DNA of 64,000 bases from Amoebophrya sp. A120. Taxonomy: Eukaryota > Protista > Dinoflagellata. The position numbers and the translations under genes were made by a program. The notes under the pieces were generated by a model, which was not told the origin of the DNA, did no database searches, and saw nothing but the letters and a program-made list of their open reading frames with translations. The stretch covers positions 6,056,476 to 6,120,475 of the forward strand of contig CAJINV010000002.1 of the NCBI GenBank assembly GCA_905178155.1. Direction: 5' to 3'. This document shows, in pieces, positions 51,202-62,315 of the stretch (positions are counted from its first letter, which is position 1; every line of letters starts with the position of its first letter).

Positions 51202-54200
51202 TCAGCTGCAAGAAGATGTTGACTGCGCATTGAGCTCCTTCACATATGTGTCCAGGAACGCATCAAAATCGACCGTCCTTGTTGCCGTGTCATTTTCTCT
51301 TCTACCGTCTTCTCCTGCTCGATTCAGCGTAGAAGCTTCGTTTCCGTCCAAAAGTCGCAAAATGCTGTCCATCTTCCCATGCACCGACCCGGTTTCCATG
51401 AATTTCTTCAACCGCTCGCCGTTTTCCAAGCGTGCGAACCCACTGTTGCGCCAAACGTGACAGGCAAGCACCTTGTTCAACAGATAGCAGTAGTAGCTGC
51501 CGCCGTAGTGTACCAAGTGCTCAAATTTGGACAACGGCATGGGCGTCAGAAGGTTTCGCAGGGTTCGCGGTGCTTGCAGTGTGTTGTCGTTCTCCAATGC
51601 CTCGTCGGTCAAGACTAACTCGAATTTCGGAGCTCTACAGGAATTCTCGTCTGCTTGTTCACTTCCATTACTCGTCCTTCCCGCACCTGCACCTCCGATA
51701 ATTCTTCGCAGCGCCACGTGCTTTCCCAGATCCGGGAGGGAATCCAAAAGTCCAGCGGAAAGTTTTTCCCGCATGTCTTCCACGCTCGAAATCTCGGTGC
51801 CGCAGTCGTAAAATTTCTGGTCTACCAACGCAAAAAGCAGCTGCTGACACGCTTCGAGGAAGGGAAAAGCGGTCTCTGTACTGATCTCGGAAATGTGAAT
51901 GTCCTGTGCGTCACGCGGGATAGTAGTTTGACCAGGCTGTGGTCCACCTCCAGCACCTTCTCCCTGTCCGCTCCACTTTCGCATGACCGCTTCGTCCAGC
52001 ACAAAGTACTCAAATAGGTGGCTCGGGAACTCGACAAAGTCCACCGCGCCGCGCGTTCCCGACAGCGATTGCAGCTGCGTCTTACTCAGCAGCGAGTGCA
52101 CGCAGTGGCCCACCTCGTGGAAAAACGTGATCGCGGCGAGTCTGCTGATGTTTTTCTCCGGGATGCTGCACACGAGGGCGGTTTTCGGAATCACATACGC
52201 GGTTTTAGAAGTAGTATTCGCCGCGGCAGTCTGCTCTTCTTGATGCTGCACGACATGCGGGGAAGTTGTGCTGGCGTCCTCTTCGGACAAAGTCAAAGCT
52301 ACTTCTCTGGACCCTTGCAAGGTAAACTGTGCGGATTGGACGCGTTTCTCGGGCCTCGGTAATGCGTCGATGTACAGAATGCCGATAAGGGACGACGACC
52401 CCTCCTCGTCTGTTTCGCTTTTAGTCGCCTCCCTTGCAACTGTCGTCCCCTCGCGTCGCAGTTCGAATTTTCGCACACTGGCGTGCCACGTCTCGTTTTT
52501 GTGCGGTGTGACCTCGGTGAAGTTGACGTGCAGAAATTTCTGCAAAATCAAGTTCACGCCGGAGATCAAAGAGTCGTAGGTCGTGGTCGATGTGATGTTG
52601 TAAGCCGCCTTTTTTTTCTTGTTATCCACGGACGTTTTGCTCTTTTCCACGAAGTACGCAATGTCCCAGGGGTTTAAAGAAACGAAATCTGAATCTGAAT
52701 CTTTGATGTTCTGTGACCTTCCCTGCATTGCCATTTTCTCGGCGTATTTCATCTCCGCCAACTGCCGAAGCTCTTTCTTCAATCCCGGCAAAAGGGCAGC
52801 CCAGGCCTTCTCCAAAAACCGGGTCACGTTTGCGTTCGCGGTTGCGGCGGCGGAAGTTTGCGGACCGTGGTCATGTTCTTGGCGTGTAAGACCACCCTCT
52901 GCAGATTCATTCTTGCTGGATGAAATGGACAAGTCGGCACGAGCAGATGAAGAATTATTTTCCCCTTGTTCTCTGGAAGTCGTAGAATTACTAGCGAAGT
53001 TGAGAATCCCATCCCTCTGCGCGTACACGTTCCAGTTTTCGTAGTCCCGTAGTTGTGCCAGCCGGGTTCGCGTCAGCAGCAGTTCGACTAACGCGCGTTC
53101 GAGCTCCGGGTTCTCTTCTATGTGCACGACCTGAAAAATCTTCTCCCGGGCCTGTTCGATCGGACACGTTTTTAGCACCACATCCGCGAGGGCAGGATTC
53201 TCCCGCATGCGCTCGCCGCCCAGGTTGATTTCTCGGCCACCACCGGCATCTGAATTTTTTGCACTATTTTCTTCAGTAGTATTTCTTCCTCGGGAAAAGA
53301 AGCCGTACCTCTTCCCTGAGCCTGAAGTTGATGAATCCCGCTGCTCTAGGTAGGGTAGCAAGGCCCGGAAGTGGTTTCTGGAATCACGTCCTGGAGTCGC
53401 GCTCGTGGTTGGACGTAGTTGCTCTGCAGACGATGATGGGCTGGCGGCTGCTGCTGCTTGCTCCAGTCGCTTCTCGAGCTCCGCGTACGATATCCAGAAG
53501 TCCGACGAGTTCGAGTATGAAAATGAAAAAGGAAGAAACTACATAAGTATCTGTCCCGCACATCAAATCATCCAAAAAGGAAAAACGCACAACTTGGACT
53601 TACTTCTAATTGCTCCGAAAAACATTTTGATTTTACGGACGCAAACCATCTTGATTTTCATTTTACGGACGCATTCTTATGTAAATTATTCCCTTTTCCT
53701 AACCGCTGGCCATCCTGCGTTGCGGCACTGCTGTTACCGCTCTGCTGGTTTTGATTTGAGATTCCGCCGGCCAAACAGAAGGAAAGCTCCTGCTCCGTTT
53801 GCTGCAGCGCGAGACACTCCTCCTTTTTCTCCGGCGGCATGCCCACGCCCTCGTTGCCCATAGATTCGACCATGTGCCGAAAAACCGTGGCTTCCTCCAG
53901 TGACAGCGCCTCGTCGGAAGGACACGGCGGAGTGGAAGATGTCGGTCGCTCTGAAAGATCAAGATGACCAGCACCAGAATCACACTTGATGATGTCGTTC
54001 CTTTTCAACAAACGTAACTCGTGGTGCTTTTTCAAGATTTCGAACACCTCCTCATCCAAATTCACAACGGACATGTACTGCGCGATCAGGTTCACCGCGT
54101 CGTTCGCTGCGTCGTGCCACTTGCTGTCCGGCGGCGTTACATTCCGCGTCAGCTCCGCCGCCCTATGAGAGTGCATAAGTTCCGCTCCCCCTCCACCTCA

Positions 54201-55625
54201 TTTGGATGTTGGCATCCACAGCAACACAAGCTCTGGCTGGGCAAAGATCAACTCAAGATGCAGCTTGCCTCTGCATGACAAACTGACTACCGATTCTCGT
54301 GGTGTTTGGTATTTTGCATGACAAATGAGGATCAAGGGGGGCTGTGCACTCTCATACGCGTCCGCGATGTTGCACAAACTCGCTGACACGTTGTCCAGAG
54401 TGCGCAGAAGCGTTTTGGTACTCATCATCGGAGGGAGAGGCTGGCTGGCAGAAGATGAAGAGAGCGGAGGAGAATTCCTCTGATCTTGCTCTTGGCCCTG
54501 CCCCCGCGCTTGAATTCTATCCTCTTCTGTCGCTAAGTTTTGCTCTTGTAAAAATTCCGACGATGAAGCACGTTCAAACCAGGCCTGGTTCACGCGTTTC
54601 AATTCCTTCATTTCTTCATCCGCGAAATCCACCACTGCCTGCGCGAGCTTCGGGAAATCTGCCGGCCGCTGCAGCTCGGGAATATCGAGAAAATTGTTGT
54701 AGTTTCTGGTGTGAAGATGATACGGAGTCGTGAAGGTCTTGGCCTTGCTGTTGCTGTGCGCATGAGAACGAAGACCCGAGTGGCTTGCGATCGTCCCGTG
54801 CCTGTCCGCACTGTGCTGTTGCCCTCCGTGTTGACCCGAAGTGGAAGCGAAAAGACTGCGACCACCGGCGACCTCACTAAGCGGCAGACCCGTTTTGGGG
54901 CAAAGGCGAGAAGATCTTGTGCTACTTTCAGGCGCAGTTTCGTCGTTGTTCCCTCTGTTGTTAATTTCAGCCGCCCTTGAGGACGTCGTCCCCAGATTCG
55001 TAGACGTACTGCCGGAAAAAAAGTCCGTCACCCGGGCACGAATGTTACTCGCTATGGAAGCAGAGGAAGAAGAGGATGAGGACGATGAAGAGAAGGGTTA
55101 TCCAAAGCGCAAATGCATACATGTCCGAGTCTACTCCTGAAAGCGAATGCAAACATGTGCTGTAAATGATCCAGCACAATGCGGTTCGCTCTACCGAGGG
55201 CACCATGCCAAAATATCCAAGCACGTCTCTTTCGCAGGTATGTGTGTCATCTCAAGAGAACAGCGCATGCTGTAAGGATATCAGACCCAGATATGCACCA
55301 GCTTTACATTGCATAACGACCGTGGCACAACAACAGCTGCGCTACAGGTGGCAGCACGGACACCGACGCCCATCGACGTTCCCGCGACGCGGAACTGACG
55401 CCCAGAAGTGGTCGCGAAATTTTTTCGATGGCAAGAAACTGGAATAAAGGGGGACTTGGCTTGCGAGTCACCCGGCGTGAGGGCGTAATTACTGTCTCTC
55501 CTTCTTATCCTTCCAACGGCCGCAACCGCATTTTCCCCATCAAAAATTCGCTGGGCTGTTCGCACGCGGGCCGCGCGGTGCAGCAAAGCCGCGGACTTCC
55601 GAACGAGAAAGACTTCGCCACGCAT
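51202..55625 (-). CDS. MIPEP: Mitochondrial intermediate peptidase (peptidase M3A), 4 exons
   Basis: FFHEVGHCVHSLLSKT..SGTRGAVDFVEFPSHLFEYF, HLVHYGGSYYCYL and N-terminal LDNVSASLCNIADAAEL. Arg-rich transit-peptide-like first exon. Confidence 0.9.
53516..53701. mobile_element. Degenerate introner (right end reads TAG rather than TAT on the minus strand)
   Basis: tatgaaaatgaaaaagg versus (reverse complement) taggaaaagggaataa. Removing 191 nt links the frames (GQRYSSDFW). Confidence 0.6.
54164..54356. mobile_element. Introner family C, DR cgccc/cgcgt
   Basis: tatgagagtgca / tgcactctcata. Removing 198 nt gives NIADAAELTRN. Confidence 0.9.
55099..55315. mobile_element. Degenerate introner, DRs diverged
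   Basis: tatccaaag..tgcata versus (reverse complement) tatgcaatg..tgcata. Removing 222 nt gives PRSFSSSS. Confidence 0.65.
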
Positions 55626-56354
55626 GGTTCTGCCGAATTACCGAAGTAGTTGAGGTTGCGGAATCATGTATCAATCTATCTTATGATTTTCCTTTCGAAA
55701 AAGCATTGATCACCGATTTGAATACTTTCTTGCTCACAGTTCTGGTTCTATGACGAGTACGACTTACAAGGACGTGGACGAGGCTGCGGACATAGACTGT
55801 TGTACCTGTAGCCTGCACATAGATCCAAAAATCACTTACTCGCACTTCCACTTAGAGGAAAAAAAAAGTGAATTACGTTCGCGCACAGAGGGATCTGTTG
55901 AAAAAAAAACAGTTCAGCTTCAGCAAGAAGACCTAGTCGGGACAAATTCCCGCCAATGTAGTAGGCTTCCCTAATACCGAGCAGTCGTGGGAGGACTGAT
56001 CCTTCTAGCATTTGATCACTTGTTTCGTACATCGGCAAAGGAGGACCTGAATCAGATCGATAATCGCTGTTCTTGATAGACTGACAATACCGGAAAAAAG
56101 ATCCCGCAGCGATGTGTGCAGCGGGAGTGGCATGTCAGCGCTTTATGGGGACAAGATCCTCATCTGCCTTCTCTGCGATAAAGATCCTGGTCCGGGAATA
56201 ACACTCGCAACGCTGACGCTACTTCTAAGTCAATCGAACACCACTAGCAACGGATGATGAAAAAATGGCGACACTACTCAGTGCCAGAACACTACCACAC
56301 TCAATTCATTTCGTTGTGTTACTCCATTTACCCTTGCTCTGAATTTTGTTCCAA

Positions 56355-59300
56355 TCACAGATATTTTTCGGTCGCCCGAAAGAACGACTCGCGAGTGATT
56401 ACACCAGCGATCTGAACGCCACGAGCATCGCTTGCGCTCCGCACGGGTGCTCTTCTGGTGACAAACAATACCTCCAGCGACAGCATGAGGAACAAGAAAT
56501 GAACCCGCGCCAAGCTCGTCTGTTCGTCAATAAGTAAGGGCGTCGGGTCGAGCAAATTGTCCTGTGGATGGTAAAGACCGAGCAGCGGTGAATCCGAGGT
56601 AGCATTGTCTTTGCTTGCCTCAAAAAAGTCTCCGCTTTTTTCGCCCCTGCCAACAGATCTTCCGTGCTGATTGGAAGAAGGTCCGCTTGATGTGAGGACA
56701 CCTGGTTCATCTGTAGAAATTGCAGTCGTCCCCGCAGCCAACAACATAGAGCTGGTTTTACTGACGGTCCTGCTAGCCCCACAACTCTCGCTGGTCACTA
56801 AACTTATCGAAAGAGGCGACGCAGTGGAAGCACTGCCGCTTGATACCGCGCCAGTCGTACTGGAAGACGATTTCTGTCGAACGGCACCAGGGTCGTGCAG
56901 CTCCTCCAGTAGCACACTGCTCTCAGCGATTTCCGCCACTTCACCTTCTACATCGCCGCACATAGCGTCATCTCTTCCACCCTCCATGTGAGCGACGAAC
57001 ACGGGCAGGGGCAGACACGCGGCCTGGAAACGCACAGCGGTTTCGATTTCGTTCATTTCTTGTCGTGCCAAATCATTCTGTTGTATTGCGATTTCTTCTT
57101 CAGAAGCCATATTGCTCTGTCCCGCCAACAAGTCCTCCTCAGTAGAGCCTCGCAATTGGAGCAGATCGTCGTCCGATGTGGTGTAGTATTTGTCGCTAGA
57201 ATTCATCCCTGCGGAGGTGGAGGACTGAGCAGCTGCATCAATAGAGGACATGAATCCCTGCTGCTGATCACCGCCCTCCTGTTCATCCGCGATGTCGAAG
57301 TACGCGTAGCCCGCCTCCCGTGCGGCCTTCAGTGCTCTCAATAGTTCCGACCGGGAAAACGACTCGCGCAGAAAGCAGCCGGCTGGGATCTCGCGACACA
57401 GATCCCCCGCGGTCAGTCGCTGGTAGCTCTGCTGGTTGCCCTGGAGGTAGGGGAAAAACCGGATCTTCTTCAACTGGATGATCACGTCAAAAATGCTCAT
57501 CAGCCGATTGTTTCCTGCTGAGGTTTCGGACTGGTGTTCTTCATGATCTTCCTCCTCGGCCTGCAGCCGTTGTTCCGTCGAGCGGGAAAGCATCAAACTA
57601 GAAGGAAAAACAGCTTCGTTGCTGGAAAAAAATCCTCCTCTCGACGATGTTGAAGACGACGCCGTGGTCCTTCTCCGCTTTTTACAACGAAACTCAACGG
57701 AGAGCAAGTAGCCGCAGACGAAGTAGCTCATGCAGACCGCGAGGAGCATGGGCAGCAAGTGGTTGATTTGGCCCGTCAGCTCGGACACAATGAGGACTGT
57801 GGACAGCATCTGCGTCACGCCCGCGGTCATGCAGGTGGCGCCCACCACCGCGTACAAGGCGGGAACCTCGAAGTCGGATGGAGGAGGAGGGGATCGGGTG
57901 AAGGAATCTTCAGGTGAGGATGTTTTTCTTGGTTGTTTCACCTCGTTGCTCGTAGCGGGAACTGGATCTTCACCAGTGTCTTGAGTGCCGAACCAGCCCT
58001 GGGCTGCAGCATCCACCGACTCGAAGTAGCTCTGCAAGGTTTTTTGAAAACTGCCATCAGTGCCATCATTCTCCTGATTTTGGCTGCCAGTCGTCGATAG
58101 AGCCGCGCCGTCTTCGTGATCGTGGCCGGAAGGGTTGTTGCTGTTAGTTTCGCCGAATAAGGCCGACGGCCCTAGGTTCAGACTCTGGGGCAGCGCCCAG
58201 AAGAAGTCGCTGTCCTCTTCACTTGTCTTCGGGAAACGAAACACCAGACCGAAAAGACGGCCGAGCGACGCACCGAGGACAAAAACCGGTGTGAAGACCC
58301 CGGCGGGTATGGGGCAAGCCGCGGCAATCGGGAAGAGGATCGATTTTTGAAAAATCAGTGAGGTGAGGACCTTATACTGCGGAAAAGTAGTATGTATGGT
58401 GTGTGTGCGGGTGCGCAACATACAGAATGCACGGAGCAGAAGGCACGATGACAAATCTTTCGTTGCGCATCGCTGTCATGCTTCCTTGGGGCCATCCACA
58501 TAAATTGCGCTTAAACATCACCAGTATTAATTTCTTTTCCGCCGGATAGATCCGCAGGTCAGAGGAGGCGCTGACGCTTGTTGGGCTCGCCGAGCTACGA
58601 CTCGAAATTTTCGCTGATTTCGCTTCGTTTCCGCCTGCTCCTGTTTCTCCCGGCGCCGCACCCCCAGGAGCAATGTCCCCACTTACTTGACCCGGCAACA
58701 GCTTCTCACTCAGACTTTTCTTGGAAAAGAGTGCGTTTATTAGACTTTTATCCTGGTGCGCGATTGCGGGCTCCAAGACGCACAAAGAGGACGAGAAGAG
58801 GGATATGAGCATCAGTGCGAGAAAGATCTTTCCATGCAGCGCGTTTTTTGCTGACAGCAGCCCACGTGATTCTGGTGGTGCTCCGCCCATGCTCGCCGTC
58901 GACGTAGTTTGTTGCTGATTATTTGTCAGCAGTCGGGCGGAAAAGCCAAAGCAAAACTTCGTGAATTTCACGACCAAGGCGCCAACAACGCCATTGCACA
59001 CGCCCAGCAACACAAACCAACCGGTTTCCTCCAAAGGGGGTTCGCCCAAGTCCGTCAGTTCGAACAGCCGGGTTACGTGCAGGTACCCACAGACGCGCAA
59101 AGCGAAAAGACAGCTGACGGAACAGAAGAAAGCCCGCCAAATGTTCTTTATGAAAAAGAACGTCGTCGCCATCTCCATCGCAAACAGGGTCGCTCCAAGC
59201 GGCGCACCAAAGGTAGCGCAAACACCGGCAGCAGTGGCGGCCGTCATCAGGCGGACTTGATTTTGGCTCAATGAACGGGCGAGCTTTTCCACAGTGGAAG

Positions 59301-61563
59301 TATTACTGCTGTTTTTTCTCGTCGTTCCGCGGAGATTGAAAACGTTTACTTGTGTTGGACAGCAAGAAGCCAAGCAGCCACTTACGAGTGCAGTCCTACA
59401 CCTGCCAACAAAAATCCGCAAACACCTCCCGAAGCGACGGACCAAGCTGGAGCTGCCACTGTTCGTTCTTTGCTGTTCGCCTTGGAAGCCTGCGGCCTCA
59501 TGATGTTGTACGCGTCTGTGGTCCTGCGATAGGATGTCACCTTCTCCTCCTGACGGTGAAGTTGTTTCGTGTTCTCTATCAACAAACACATTCCGCGCAG
59601 TTGCGTTCACTCGACCAGGTACAACTTCATTCGTCGCAGCACCTGCTGGTTCTTGCCAAAACCCAGCAGCAGCCACACCAGCAGCCGCCGCCCCTGAGCG
59701 ACTGCGTAGCTCTTCCTCAGCCAAACACCATCTTCTGAGCCAGTCGAGCAATACAAACGTGAAGCAGCAGCTCAGGTGCACGTAGGGCCCAAGCTTTCCG
59801 ATCGGCAGACCGGCGGCAAGCACGCAGATCAAACCCGTCACCTTCGCCAGTAAAGTTCGGAAGGAGAGAAAATTCTGCCACACCGGGTCCTGAAAGGTCC
59901 GCTTCGTACCGGAGGACAGCAGATTCTTCACTTCCGGTAGGCCCGAACCCTTTGCGCAGTTGGCCTGGTTTACTATTTGTGGCGCACCCCCGGTAGAGCT
60001 GCTTGTAGCACCGCTCGTGTCTGCTCTTTTCCCAGACCTGCCACTCCTCCAGTTGAGTATCACGACTGGAAACACATACCCTCCCACAAACGTGAGAAAT
60101 ACGCACGAAAAAAGGTAGTAGCAGGTCGCGGGCTGCAGCGGAAGTGGCGTTAGGTTTGAAGAAAGGGAAAGGAAGTGGAGCGAGTCCTCCTCGCCGTCAT
60201 GGACAGGAGGTACAACTTGCTCAACAGGCGCAGGGGACTTTTTCCCAGTGGATGTACTACTTCCGTTCGCGTTCGCAGCAAAATCAAAATCTTTGATAAA
60301 CTTCTGCCGATAGTGGAACACCATACCCACCACCGAATCGACCACCACGGACAGAAAGGCCATCCAGAAGCCGATCAGAATCAACAGCACCCAGAACGCG
60401 TAGTCGCAGGAAGCAGAAGAGGAGAGGGGCTTGGTGCGCCTGCTTGCGGTGTTCCCCGTCGGATCACCACGGAAGGGGCCGCCATCTTCCTGGTCCGTAG
60501 AAGCTCCTGCGAAATCGTGTGCAAAATGGTCGGGGTGGAAATGTGTTGTAGGTTCTGTGCCGTTGTTCTGAGGCCGGAGGTTCGAATCCGGCGGACCACC
60601 AGTGTCGTCCTCGTGGACTAGGAGTTGCGTGCTTCTATCGTACGTCCTTCGTGGTGTAGTAGAAGAGGCAGTACTCGATAATTGCTTCATAGACAACAAA
60701 TTTCCGCCGGACCGCGATGGATCATCTCTAGCTGGACGAAAAGTTCTAGCTTTACTTGTGTCTGTTTTACTTCCACCTACATAGTCGTACAAATTGTTCT
60801 CGTGGTCATTTCGTTCTTCCTGCTGAAAAACCAGTTGCACGAAGTCGTCGTCGCACTGCAAATCTTCGAAAGTCGTGCAGTAATCCACCAAATGCAATGA
60901 CGAGCTGGATTTCGTCTTTCGCATCGGGCTGCTGCGAAGGTGCATGTCTTGCCGACAGAGACCCGGCGAAAGTGCAGCGGTGTTGGAAAATGATTTCCTA
61001 CCGGAAGAACAACTTGGAGATGAACCGGTTGCTTTTCCCTCTGAGGATGAGCAGTGCTCTCGTGTTTGTTCCTTAGGATCTGTGCTAAGGGTAGGTCTGC
61101 TTCGCACATTTTCGACCGGAACGAGAACCAGGTCGTCCACCGCTGTATCCCTTCCCCTTCCGAGGAGGTCAAAACAGTTTCGTTCCTTGGCTCCTGCTCG
61201 CTCCTCCTCGTCCTCCGCACTGTACCCCTCTAACAGCAGTGTGGAGCCCCGGAAAAACAGATCCTCGCTGCTTTTCCTCAACAGCTGGAATTTCGCGGTA
61301 CTACTAGAGCTGGTTCCAGTTGTGCCACCTCGTCCTTTATGCAGCTGATTGCTAGAACTAGTCCTCGTGCTGAAGAAGGAATCTTGTCGACGGGAAGAGC
61401 GAATGGGCACGGGAGGGGAAGAGGATTTGACTTTGTTGGTCGTCGCTGCAGAGGTGAAGCTGTACATCTTTTTTCCACCAAGTTCAAGGGCTTCCTTGCC
61501 TTCGAGTAAAGGTTGCCGCGCAGTTGAGCTGAAAGACGAAGTTGCAAGTGCTGCTTCGTTCAT
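56355..61563 (-). CDS. CLC: CLC-family chloride channel/transporter with C-terminal CBS-like region (2 exons)
   Basis: GSGLPEVK, GKLGPYVH, FGAPLGATLFAME, PIPAGVFTPVFVLGASLGRLFG, ELTGQINHLLP. Confidence 0.93.
58373..58548. mobile_element. Introner with F-like ends, DR gacct/gatcc
   Basis: tatactgcggaaaag / cttttccgccggata. Removing 181 nt gives DLRILTSLIF. Confidence 0.85.
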
Positions 61564-62315
61564 AGCTTGTCACGCCATACAACCTGCTCTTTATTGTCAC
61601 GCGATCATAATTCATTGCACGGGTAACGCGTGATGCTCCTCCCTGCTTGCTGCACTTGCCGTGGTGCAACATCAATTCTACTAGTCGCGAACGCGCAGAA
61701 CCAGAAAATGGGTGCATCAAGCAAAACAAGGAGAACGATGATCCATTGGAAACGCAAACAGATCAGAATCTTCACAAACCCAATAAAAAATCCGCCAGGA
61801 CAGACTTCAAATCGCCACGAGATGAACATCGCAGAGTTGTAAAACCTCCACACACCGAAAATTCAACAGCTATTGTGCAAGAACCCGCCTTGTAACACTA
61901 GTACGGATTGCCGAGTTACACAAGACGTGCTGGAGTGTGCCATTCCATCGTGTACCGCACTAATTATATGCTTTTTGTTCATTACGTGTCAAAAATTTCT
62001 CTCCACCCTGTTTGGCAGCAACCAGCGAGCCAAAAGGTTTGGTGCCGGCTGCGCTCTACCCGTGCACTAGTAGAACCGTTCCGCGTACTATGGAGTTTTA
62101 CTGTAGTAAATCATGATGCCCAGTGGAAGCAGGCCAGGTTATGTTGCAGTAGGGCACGACATCGGTAGGGCACGAGATATCGTGCCCGAACGTGTGTAGT
62201 CTCGTTGTCGTTCATTTATCTTCCAAAAACATCGTATCTTATCTATCATGCGCGAAGACGACTTTTCTTTGTCTTAGTCAAGCCCTACAACCCATCAGGA
62301 TCAGTACCATTATCC

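Noticed and set aside
59260-59272. ttttggctcaa resembling part of the dinoflagellate spliced leader
   Set aside because: Short partial match, antisense to and inside the CLC coding sequence; consistent with chance.
62149-62187. gtagggcacga twice plus an inverted tcgtgccc hairpin
   Set aside because: Too short and seen once; no function can be supported.
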